A stretch of DNA of 32,000 nt. It comes from Sinorhizobium meliloti (GTDB lineage Bacteria; Pseudomonadota; Alphaproteobacteria; Rhizobiales; Rhizobiaceae). The position numbers and the translations under genes were made by a program. Positions 1 to 7,427 of this stretch are shown piece by piece. The stretch spans positions 3,810,001-3,842,000 of the forward strand of contig NZ_JAGIOS010000001.1 of NCBI RefSeq assembly GCF_017876815.1, written 5' to 3'. The notes beneath the pieces are model-generated. The model searched no databases, was not told the DNA's origin, and was given only the letters and a program-made list of their open reading frames with translations. Every line of letters starts with the position of its first letter. The first letter of the stretch is position 1.

Positions 1-152
1 CTCCTTATATATATATGCGGGCCCAGCGGAGCGACCAACAATGCGCCGCCTGCCTCGATAACTGCCGCTCGTCGCCGCCCTATTTGTCCACAGGCTTCAT
101 AACGGGCGCCCCGGCCCGCGATAAAAAATTCGAAAAAATCGCTCGAACGCTC

Positions 153-181
153 TTGCGGTTTTCGCCGGTTACGCATAGATC
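153..181 (+). promoter_or_regulatory. Candidate sigma-70-type promoter for tRNA-Val
   Basis: TTGCGG (153-158), then a 16-17 nt spacer, then ATAGAT/TAGATC (175-181). It is preceded by an A/T-rich tract (about 119-140, gataaaaaattcgaaaaaatc) and lies about 40 nt upstream of the tRNA 5' end. Motif match only. Confidence 0.3.
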
Positions 182-222
182 ACGCCCACCGACGCGGCGG
201 ACACTTGTCCGGCAACGCGAGA

Positions 223-298
223 GGGCGATTAGCTCAGTTGGTAGAGCGCCTCGTTTACACCGAGGATGTCGGGAGTTCGAGTCTCTCATCGCCCACCA
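223..298 (+). tRNA. tRNA-Val (anticodon TAC), CCA encoded
   Basis: Hand-folded cloverleaf. Acceptor GGGCGAT/ATCGCCC. D-arm GCTC-AGTTGGT-AGAGC. Anticodon stem CCTCG/CGAGG with loop TT-TAC-AC. Variable loop ATGTC. T-arm GGGAG-TTCGAGT-CTCTC. Discriminator A plus CCA. 76 nt. Confidence 0.95.
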
Positions 299-410
299 TT
301 TTTCCATATGACAGGCAATGTTTGCGCAGGCGGCTCTCGCGAGTCGTCTCTTTTTGAAGCCGCAGCGATGCCGGACGCCGCGCTGTCTGCGTAGCGCACG
401 CCCTCCGACC

Positions 411-630
411 GTCATTCCTGTGCCTGCCACAGGAATCCAGCCTGCCCAAGTCCTTGGGCGAATAGACTCTTCAGCGCCGCAGACGCGGCGCTGCTGGATC
501 CCTGTGACGAGCACAGGGATGAGGAGGAGAGGGTGCCGTCCTCAGAGCACCTCCCGTAGGCCGTACGGAAGTCAGGAGACTGCGCGCGTATCCCCAGGTG
601 AACGTTGATGTAGCCCCGCAACCCCCACTC
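411..630. repeat. Palindromic intergenic mosaic element, family A, full unit (RIME/Sm-repeat-like)
   Basis: Successive hairpin modules: cattCCTGTGcctgcCACAGGaatccagc, cccaag-tc-cttggg, cagcgccgc-agac-gcggcgctg, atCCCTGTGacgagCACAGGGat, then a more diverged tail. The same module order recurs at 19692-20166. Confidence 0.8.
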
Positions 631-690
631 CCTCATTCCTGTGCTTGTCACAGGAATCCAGCCAGCCCAAGTCCTTGGGCTGAAAAACTC
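631..690. repeat. Family A mosaic element, partial unit (first two hairpin modules only)
   Basis: cctcattCCTGTGcttgtCACAGGaatccagccagcccaagtccttgggctgaaa is near-identical to the start of the units at 19692 and 19929. It directly abuts the unit at 411-630. Confidence 0.8.
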
Positions 691-746
691 GCAGGCGATG
701 GGCGAGCGGTGACCTGCCGGGAGACAACGGATAGGGCTGGTTTCGT

Positions 747-1271
747 CGCCCCTCATCCGGCCTGCCGGCCACCTTCTCCCCGCGAGCGGGGCGAAGGGGA
801 CTCGCGGCGTGGCTCTGCCCTCAGCCGCTTACGGGGGAGCGGCGGGCCCGAGGCTTGCCCCTTCTCCCCGTCATACGGGGAGAAGGTCGCGGCAGCGGGA
901 TGAGGGGCTGCCAGAAACACCCGGCGCAGCAGCTCCGTTACCCCTCCCGCCATAAGCGTGGATAAGCTCTGGGACCTTCGACATCGTCACGTACGACCGA
1001 ATAATCCGCTACCCGCCCCTCATCCGGCCTGCCGGCCACCTTCTCCCCGCAAGCGGGGCGAAGGGGACTCGCGGCGTGGCTCTGCCCTCAGCCGCTTACG
1101 GGGGAGCGGCGGGCCCGAGGCTTGCCCCTTCTCCCCGTCATACGGGGAGAAGGTCGCGGCAGCGGGATGAAGGGCTGCCACGAATCGAAAACACCCGGCG
1201 CAGCAGCTCCGTTACCCCTCCCGCCATAAGCGTGGAAAAGCCCGGGGCCTTCGACATCGTCACGCACGACC
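747..1271. repeat. Family B mosaic element, two tandem copies (about 267-bp period)
   Basis: 747-998 and 1014-1271 align almost base-for-base (cgcccctcatccggcctgccggccaccttctccccgc...cgacatcgtcacg-acgacc). Each copy carries a perfect hairpin ccttctccccg-tcata-cggggagaagg (for example 860-886). Each also has long outer arms, cccctcatcc...ggatgagggg. Confidence 0.85.
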
Positions 1272-1272
1272 C

Positions 1273-1671
1273 CTACCCGCCCCGATACTGCTCCTCCGTC
1301 ACATGCTCGAGCCAGTCCACCACCTTGCCGTCGAACGCTTCCTGAATCGCGATGTGCGTCATGCCGGTCTCGGACGCGGCGCCATGCCAGTGCTTTTCTC
1401 CCGGCGGGAACCAGACGACGTCGCCGGCGCGGATCTCGCGCAGTTCCCCGCCCCAGCTCTGCGCAAGGCCGCGGCCTGCGGTGACGATCAGGGTCTGGCC
1501 GAGCGGGTGCGTGTGCCAGGCGGTGCGTGCGCCGGGCTCGAAGGTCACGGTCGCGCCGCGTACCCGTGCGGGTGACGGCGCCTCGAAGGCTGGGTCCACG
1601 CGCACGGAGCCGGTGAAATATTCGGCCGGGCCGCGCGCCGAGGGTCTCGATCCGCATTCGAAGATTTCCAT
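1273..1671 (-). CDS. Cupin-domain protein (about 132 aa)
   Basis: The ORF 1273..1755 contains cupin motifs ([12 protein letters not shown]..., [16 protein letters not shown]). I take the start at the ATG at 1671 (MEIFECGS...), preceded by AAAGGAGG. Confidence 0.85.
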   Translation of the reverse strand: MEIFECGSRPSARGPAEYFTGSVRVDPAFEAPSPARVRGATVTFEPGARTAWHTHPLGQTLIVTAGRGLAQSWGGELREIRAGDVVWFPPGEKHWHGAASETGMTHIAIQEAFDGKVVDWLEHVTEEQYRGG

Positions 1672-1759
1672 TGGTGCCTCCTTTGAGGGACTTCGCCGGG
1701 CCAGCCGACGGGTGATGCAGGGCCAAGGCGCATGCAGCTTACCTCCTTCCGGCAAGCGG

Positions 1760-4700
1760 CTACAACCGGTGGATCGTCACGCCCGGGCAGGCGCTCCGCG
1801 CAATGTCGCAAAGATGCTCGTGGTGGGTCAGATAGATCACCTGCCCGACATCGGCCATTTCCGCCATCAGCTCGAAGGCGCGGCCGGCGCGGCCGTCGTC
1901 GAAGGTTTCCATGATGTCGTCGGCGATGAAGGGCAGCGTTTCCCGCGTCGCCGCGACCTCGTGGTAGCCGGCGATCCTGAGCGCGAGATAGAGCTGGAAG
2001 CGCGTGCCCTTGGAAAGATCGCGGGCGAGCTTCGATCCGCCGGCGGCGGTATTGGCGATGAGGAATTCCTGGCCCTTGTCGGCTTGCGTCGAGAGACCGG
2101 AATATTCGCCGCCGCTGATATGCATGAAAGTTCGCGAGGCGCGCTGCATCATGGCGCTACGGTGGCGCTCGCGAAACAGCCTGAGCGCCTGTTCGGCGGC
2201 GATCACGCCCGCACGCAGCCGGAGATAGCCGATCGCCTTGCTCTCGATGTCGAGAAGCAGCGTGCGGCGCCGCTGTTCGACTTCCGCCACCCGGTCGCCG
2301 CCCTCGACGGCGGCAAGCGCCCTCTCCCGGGTCCTGACATCGGCGTGCAGCTCGCCGACATCCCGGTCGGCCGCGTCGATCGCCTCCTCCAGCCGCGCGA
2401 GTTCCAGGCCGAGCTCCCGGTCGTCGAGGTCGGCGAGAAGCGCTTCGGCCTCGGCGGCGGTCGCGACGCCGAGCCGCGCAGCCAGATCGCTTTCCATTTC
2501 CGAGCATCTCTGCCGCAGCCGCTGCTCTTCGCGGGCGGCTTCCAGGCAGGCGGCCGCTTCGTCGAGAGTCCCGCAGTCGAAGAAGTCGAGGACCCTTCGC
2601 CTGTTGGCGGCGTGGAGCCGCTCCTCGGCGCGCAGCGAGTCGAGGCTCTCCTCCATGCGCTCGATATTGCCCTGAAGCGCCAGGCGGCGCTCCTCCTTCT
2701 GAAGTGCGGCGGCAACGCGATCGCGCACCGCGCAAAAGAGCGTGAGGACATCGCCGGCCTGTGCTTCGCCCAGTACCGCGGCCAGGCCCACGACGCTTTC
2801 AGTGAAGGCCGCCTGATCCCTGCGCATGCCCGCCACGCGATGGTCGAGCTCCGCCTTCTTCTGCATCAGCTTGTCGAGGTCCTGAAGCACGGCGAGCACG
2901 GGGCCGATTTCCTGCTGCTGCGGCCGCTCCACCTGCCGGGAAAGCCATGTGCCGGCGAGCGCCTCATCCCATTCCCCGCACCAGGACGCCATCGCAGCCT
3001 CCGCGGCCGCAAAAACGGTCCGCCGCTTTTCGAGCGCCTCCGAGGCACGTTGGAACTGCGCCACGGCATTCCGGTAGGCCGCGGATGCGGCCTCGGCGCG
3101 GGAGGAGACAAGTTCCGCCACCGCGAGCAAGGCGTCGAGCCGCTCCGGCAGCGCATCGGTGATCCCGAGCCGCGCCAGCTCCGCCCGAAGGCTGCAGACC
3201 GCCGCCTTCTCTTCGGCGACCGCCCGGTCGCGCTCCTTCAGCGCGGTGCGCAGTTCGCCGCGCAATTCGAGCGCGGATGCGCGGGCCGCAAGCCAGGCCT
3301 CCAATTGCGGCAGCCCCGTTATGCAAGGCAAGCCACAGGCGCGTGCGGTGGTGCCGATTTCGGCGCTGAGCCTCTGCCGCTGCTCCTCCGCGGCTTTCCT
3401 TTGCGCGTCCAGCGACTGCAGGCGGGCGCGCCGCTCGGTGACGGCAAGCGTCAGGCTGCGTATCTCGGCCACGCGCTCCGCCTGGGCAAGCCGAAGCGCC
3501 GTGATTGCATCATGCTCGTTCAGTGCGGTCTCGAATGCGATCGCCGTCTGCTCGCCGAGACCGGCACGATGCCGCTGCCAGGCTGTATCGCGGCGCCGCC
3601 TCAGTTCGCAAACGGCCGCGTCATCCACGACGCCGCCATTGGCCGCAATGGCGGCAAGGCGCGCCTCGTCTCCGGCCTGGCGCTCGCTTTCATCGGCGAT
3701 CCTGTCGGCGAGGCGCAAGCGCCGCTCCGCCTCGGCGTGGTCCTCGGCCCGCCACGCTTCCACGACGGCCGGTGCCGGAGCGGGAAGCGCGGCCAGATCG
3801 TCGATCGTACCGGCGAAGGGCCGCAATTCATCCAGTCTGTCGCAAATCGCCGCCTCGAGCCGGTCGATCTCTCTTGCCGACGACTGCTGGCGCAACAGGC
3901 AATCGCTCTGCCGGAGGAGATGCACGCGTTCGGCGAGGAACGCCGGGTCGGCCGCCCCCTCCTTCAGCCGGGCGACTTCGCGCTCGGCGTCGCCGTGGTT
4001 CCCTTCGGCGGTTTCCGTCTCCTCGCGCGCCGACGCAAGCCTCTCCGAAAGGCTTGCATGCCGGCGCACCAGATCCTGCAGGCGGACGGCGCGCGCCGCC
4101 GGCAGCAGGAGCGAGGCGAGATCGGGATTGTCCGCCTCGCCGAGGCGGACGAGGCAGGCATCGATCTCGGCGGCCGTCTTCGCAAGTTCCTCCAGACGCG
4201 CCGGCATGTCGCGGTCGGCCGTCAGATAGCGGGCTTCGAGGGCGGTTTCCCGCAGTGCCCCGAACCGTTCCGCGATCGCGAGCGCCTGCTCGTCCCGAGG
4301 CAGCGCCGCAAGCTCTTCGCGCCGCCGGGTGAGTTCCTCGTGCAATTGTCGGAGCCCCGCGGCGATTTCCGCATCGCGCCGGCGAAGAACCGGCAACTCC
4401 TCCTGCCACTCCGCCGGCGGCACCGGCAACGGGTCCCGCCCGGCAAGCTCCTGCCTTGCGCCGCGAAGCCGCGCGAGAAGCGGCACGGCGTCGCGCTGAG
4501 CGCGCATCCGGTCCCGGTCGGCGCGCAACTCGCTGCGCAGCCTCGCCGCCGCCTCGTGGCGTGCGCGCATGCTCGCCAGGGCCTTGCGGAGTGCTGCATA
4601 TTCGCGTGCATTCACGTCTATCTCGTTCCGCTCCGCCTTCAGCGCATCGAGCTCAGCCTTCAGTTCGGCAAGCTGGTGCTTGCGCGCCTGCGGGCGGAAG

Positions 4701-5221
4701 AAGGAATCCGCTTCGGCTCGAAGCACGGCAAGCACGGCGGTGCTGTCCGGCAGACCGGAACTCGCGGAAAACAGAAGGGACCCGAGTTCGCCCTCGCTCT
4801 TCAGGATGGCTTCCCCGCCCTCTTCGATGCTGTCGTCGTCGAGCGAGAACATCGTGCTGTAGGTTGCCCGGTCGATTGAGCCGAGGGCTGTGGAAAACAG
4901 GCCGTCGGGCAGCGGCTGCTCGTCGGGGCCGATCAGGCTGTTGGCGTTGCGCTTGATGCGGTAGGCGTGATGCAGGCGGTTACCGGCCGCGACGATGCCG
5001 CCGATCCGCATCGCCTGATAGGGATGCAGGAAGCCGTAAGGGCTCGAACGTTCTATGCCGAAGATGAGGTCGAGGAAGCCGGAGAAGAGGGTCGACTTGC
5101 CGGCTTCGTTCGGGCCGTAGATGAGGTGAAAATCCGGCTCGCCCAGCTTCGCCTCGCCGAAATCGAGATGCCGCTCCGTGAATTTGCCGTAGCGGACGAG
5201 CTCCAGTCGCTGAAGCCGCAT
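1760..5221 (-). CDS. SMC/Rad50/SbcC-like AAA ATPase with long coiled coil (YhaN/SbcE-type), 1153 aa
   Basis: N-terminal Walker [10 protein letters not shown]. About 900 aa of E/R/A/L-rich coiled-coil-like sequence. C-terminal ABC-signature-like [16 protein letters not shown], Walker [14 protein letters not shown] and H-loop YLTHH. The start ATG shares one nucleotide with the upstream stop (TGATG at 5219-5223). Confidence 0.9.
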   Translation of the reverse strand: MRLQRLELVRYGKFTERHLDFGEAKLGEPDFHLIYGPNEAGKSTLFSGFLDLIFGIERSSPYGFLHPYQAMRIGGIVAAGNRLHHAYRIKRNANSLIGPDEQPLPDGLFSTALGSIDRATYSTMFSLDDDSIEEGGEAILKSEGELGSLLFSASSGLPDSTAVLAVLRAEADSFFRPQARKHQLAELKAELDALKAERNEIDVNAREYAALRKALASMRARHEAAARLRSELRADRDRMRAQRDAVPLLARLRGARQELAGRDPLPVPPAEWQEELPVLRRRDAEIAAGLRQLHEELTRRREELAALPRDEQALAIAERFGALRETALEARYLTADRDMPARLEELAKTAAEIDACLVRLGEADNPDLASLLLPAARAVRLQDLVRRHASLSERLASAREETETAEGNHGDAEREVARLKEGAADPAFLAERVHLLRQSDCLLRQQSSAREIDRLEAAICDRLDELRPFAGTIDDLAALPAPAPAVVEAWRAEDHAEAERRLRLADRIADESERQAGDEARLAAIAANGGVVDDAAVCELRRRRDTAWQRHRAGLGEQTAIAFETALNEHDAITALRLAQAERVAEIRSLTLAVTERRARLQSLDAQRKAAEEQRQRLSAEIGTTARACGLPCITGLPQLEAWLAARASALELRGELRTALKERDRAVAEEKAAVCSLRAELARLGITDALPERLDALLAVAELVSSRAEAASAAYRNAVAQFQRASEALEKRRTVFAAAEAAMASWCGEWDEALAGTWLSRQVERPQQQEIGPVLAVLQDLDKLMQKKAELDHRVAGMRRDQAAFTESVVGLAAVLGEAQAGDVLTLFCAVRDRVAAALQKEERRLALQGNIERMEESLDSLRAEERLHAANRRRVLDFFDCGTLDEAAACLEAAREEQRLRQRCSEMESDLAARLGVATAAEAEALLADLDDRELGLELARLEEAIDAADRDVGELHADVRTRERALAAVEGGDRVAEVEQRRRTLLLDIESKAIGYLRLRAGVIAAEQALRLFRERHRSAMMQRASRTFMHISGGEYSGLSTQADKGQEFLIANTAAGGSKLARDLSKGTRFQLYLALRIAGYHEVAATRETLPFIADDIMETFDDGRAGRAFELMAEMADVGQVIYLTHHEHLCDIARSACPGVTIHRL

Positions 5222-6498
5222 CAGTCGGTGCCTCCGGCGCCGGCACGGCCGTGAAGATGCGCCAGCACATCCGCACTCCCCGCAAGCGCTGCCTCCAGCG
5301 CCAGCCGCTCCAGCGCCTCTTCGTCGCCCGCCAGCACTTGCCTGAGTTCAGGCGGCAATTGCTGCAGGAGCTCCTTGGCAATGCCGCTCAGTTCGGCGCG
5401 AAAGCCGAAGGAGGGCAGAACGTCGTTTTCGACGAGTGCCGCCAGTTCGCCGACCGGATCGGCCGCATTTTGCTCCGCATTGCCGGTTGCCTGGCAGCTC
5501 ATTTCCGTGTTCTCGATCCAGCATCCGCCGATCCCGGCCGCGATGTTGACGATCTCCGCCTCCAGGAGATCCGCGTCGCGCCTGAGGCGCCAGGCAAGCG
5601 GCGTCGCGCCGGTCAGCGTCAAGCGCAGGATCAGATTGTCCGCCGCCATGTTCTTTCGAAGGAGGATCAATTCACTGGTCACCGCATCCAGCATGTCGCG
5701 CCAGTCCGCAATCCCGCTCACGTCGATCTCGTGCCGCTCGAACGCGGCGGTGCCGGTCGGCCGTTCATCCAGCGTAACCAGCCCTTCATCGTCGATCGTC
5801 ACGACCGTGACGCCCTTCGTCCCCGCTTCGTTGATGTCTCGGCCCTGCGGCATGCCGGGCATGACGATGAAGGGCTTCTCGCAGTGCACCTGCCGCTGGT
5901 GGACATGGCCGAGGGCCCAATAATCGAAACCGTGCCGCTGAAGCTCGGCGACGCTGCAGGGCGCGTAGGGGTCGTGGGCCGCCGATCCGGAGAGGCTGGT
6001 ATGCAGCATGCCGATATTGATGCCGCCGGCGACCGGCGGATGGAACTGGGGCAACAGGCTTTCCGGCGCGTGGGGGTCGGCAAAGCTCACGCCGTGGACG
6101 TGCACCGTGCGGCCGTTCGCAAGCGTCTTGACATGAACCGCCCTGCTCCGGCCGGCAAATACATGCACCGAAGGCGGCAGGGTGAGTTCGCGCGTCACCT
6201 GCGACTGGGAATCGTGATTGCCGCGAATGATGAACGTCCGGATGCCGGCCTCGTCGAGCCGCCGAAGCTCGCCCGCCAGGAAGAGCGCCGTGTTCATTGA
6301 AGTCTGGCTGCCGTCATAGAGATCGCCGGCGATCAAAAGCGCATCGACGCTTTCGGCAATGCAGAGATCGACGATGCGGACGAGCGCATTGCGCGTCGCG
6401 CTTCGAACGAGGCCGGCAAGCTCCGCATTCCGGAGCGCCAGGCTGCGCAAGGGCGAATCGAGATGGAGGTCTGCGGTGTGAACAAATCGGAAGGGCAT
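5221..6498 (-). CDS. Mre11/SbcD-like metallophosphoesterase, DNA-repair-exonuclease family (YhaO/SbcF-type)
   Basis: Calcineurin-like phosphoesterase motifs in order: HTADLHLD, LLIAGDLYDG, IIRGNHD, GMLHTS, ALGHVH. The start is probably the ATG at 6498 (MPFRFVHTADLHLD). An in-frame ATG at 6513 is the alternative. Confidence 0.88.
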   Translation of the reverse strand: MPFRFVHTADLHLDSPLRSLALRNAELAGLVRSATRNALVRIVDLCIAESVDALLIAGDLYDGSQTSMNTALFLAGELRRLDEAGIRTFIIRGNHDSQSQVTRELTLPPSVHVFAGRSRAVHVKTLANGRTVHVHGVSFADPHAPESLLPQFHPPVAGGINIGMLHTSLSGSAAHDPYAPCSVAELQRHGFDYWALGHVHQRQVHCEKPFIVMPGMPQGRDINEAGTKGVTVVTIDDEGLVTLDERPTGTAAFERHEIDVSGIADWRDMLDAVTSELILLRKNMAADNLILRLTLTGATPLAWRLRRDADLLEAEIVNIAAGIGGCWIENTEMSCQATGNAEQNAADPVGELAALVENDVLPSFGFRAELSGIAKELLQQLPPELRQVLAGDEEALERLALEAALAGSADVLAHLHGRAGAGGTD

Positions 6499-6708
6499 GG
6501 CCGGGCGGACCATGGCCCGGCGCCGCCGCTTTCGTCAATGGCCGCGGGACCGGGTATCCACGGAATGCTTGAATGCGAGCAGCATCGCAACGCCAACTGC
6601 CGGCAACTCTTCGCTTCACAAACAAAGGCATCGCGAGCAGGAAGCGTTTCTTACAGCCGGCGGTCATTCCCAAGTTTGAGGTGGTTTTGGTCGACAAATG
6701 CGGCAATT

Positions 6709-6728
6709 GTGACTATCAATAATGTCAC
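6709..6728. promoter_or_regulatory. Inverted repeat in the divergent marR / phosphoesterase intergenic region (candidate MarR operator)
   Basis: GTGAC-tatcaataat-GTCAC lies 40-60 nt upstream of the marR ATG, in an AT-rich stretch. Position and symmetry only. Confidence 0.3.
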
Positions 6729-6767
6729 TGCCATTTCACATGGCCCCTCATAATAACTCATAAGGTC

Positions 6768-7241
6768 ATGAAGAAGACATTCGAGGTTTCCGACAAGCTG
6801 TTCGAGCTCTACCATCGCGTTCATCGGCTGGTGAACGAGTCCATGACGGAAGAAGGCGTATCGCTTGCCAGGAGCAAGTTCCTGTTCTTCCTGAGCAAGC
6901 TCGGACCCTGTCGGTCTACCGACATAGCCTGTGCGCTGAATTTCGCTCCGCGAACGGTGACCGAGGCGATCGACGGACTGGAACGCGACCGTCTGGTCAT
7001 GAGAAAGCCCGACCCCGAGGATCGCCGCGCGAAGATCGTCTCGATAACAGAGACCGGCCGGGCCGTACTTCAGGCTGCAGAACATCCGCGCAAGCAGCTC
7101 ATCGAAGAGATCTTTTCGGCGCTCGACGACGAGCAACTCGACCAACTCTATGACATCGTCAGCAAACTCGTCGAGAAAACCGACGACATCCGCAAGCGCA
7201 AGGAAGAAGCGGAAGCCGCCGAGATTGCCGTCGCGCGCTAG
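6768..7241 (+). CDS. MarR-family transcriptional regulator (157 aa)
   Basis: Typical size. Winged-HTH region: STDIACALNFAPRTVTEAIDGLERDRLVMRKPDPEDRRAKIVSITETG. ATG at 6768 follows aagg. Confidence 0.9.
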   Translation: MKKTFEVSDKLFELYHRVHRLVNESMTEEGVSLARSKFLFFLSKLGPCRSTDIACALNFAPRTVTEAIDGLERDRLVMRKPDPEDRRAKIVSITETGRAVLQAAEHPRKQLIEEIFSALDDEQLDQLYDIVSKLVEKTDDIRKRKEEAEAAEIAVAR

Positions 7242-7287
7242 ATCACGATGTTTTAGGTCGGATCGACCTAAAAACATGAACGTGATC
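7241..7287. repeat. 47-bp near-perfect palindrome immediately after the marR stop
   Basis: gatcacg-atgttttaggtcg-gat-cgacctaaaaacat-gaa-cgtgatc. The inner 13-bp arms are perfect and the outer 7-bp arms are perfect. Confidence 0.75.
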
Positions 7288-7302
7288 GACTCCAAAAAGT
7301 TG

Positions 7303-7350
7303 GAGCGGGATGCGGGCGGAAAACCGCGCACACTTTTCCTCATCCCGCTC
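7303..7350. repeat. Conserved-loop hairpin element (copy 1); apical loop CCGCGCACAC
   Basis: gagcgggatg-cgggc-GGAAAA-ccgcgcacac-TTTTCC-t-catcccgctc. A second copy with the same loop but different complementary stems lies at 23351-23395. A small hairpin ctccaa-aaag-ttggag (7291-7306) precedes it. Confidence 0.7.
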
Positions 7351-7370
7351 TGAGCTTCGCTTCGAATGCA

Positions 7371-7412
7371 AAGGAAGAGGCCGGGACGTCATGTCCCGGC
7401 CTCTTCCTTTTT
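7371..7412. terminator. Bidirectional rho-independent terminator between marR (+) and the phytase-like gene (-)
   Basis: 17-bp perfect stem aaggaagaggccgggac / gtcccggcctcttcctt with loop gtcat. T-rich tracts follow on both strands. Confidence 0.85.
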
Positions 7413-7427
7413 CTCGGGATGGGACGC

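Noticed and set aside
598-1170. Small ORFs (for example 598-903 and 958-1170, and 19630-20172 at the other array) encoding PSPRERGEG... or VTGIQ...DPCDKHRDEG peptides
   Set aside because: They merely translate the palindromic repeat units and are readable on both strands. They have no SD or start context, and their apparent conservation is explained by conservation of the DNA repeats.
299-1272. Genomic island integrated at tRNA-Val
   Set aside because: There is no integrase, no direct repeat of the tRNA 3' end, and no cargo genes. The interval holds only intergenic repeat elements.
3323-3337. C-G-L-P-C motif in the coiled coil of the SMC-like ATPase, considered as a Rad50/SbcC-type zinc hook
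   Set aside because: The spacing is CxxxC rather than CxxC, and it sits at residues 629-633 rather than at the coiled-coil midpoint (about 577). This is not enough to call a hook. It would need structure prediction or conservation analysis.
1352-4879. 1175-aa plus-strand ORF, the longest in the track
   Set aside because: It lies antisense to the SMC-like ATPase gene. The translation is low-complexity (R/A/G/P-rich) with no motifs, whereas the minus frame has Walker A/B, signature and H-loop motifs. Long mirror ORFs are expected in high-GC DNA, especially opposite coiled-coil genes rich in GAG, CGC and GCC codons.
6651-7343. 230-aa minus-strand ORF overlapping marR
   Set aside because: It lies antisense to a well-supported MarR gene, and its N-terminus simply translates the hairpin repeats at 7241-7350.
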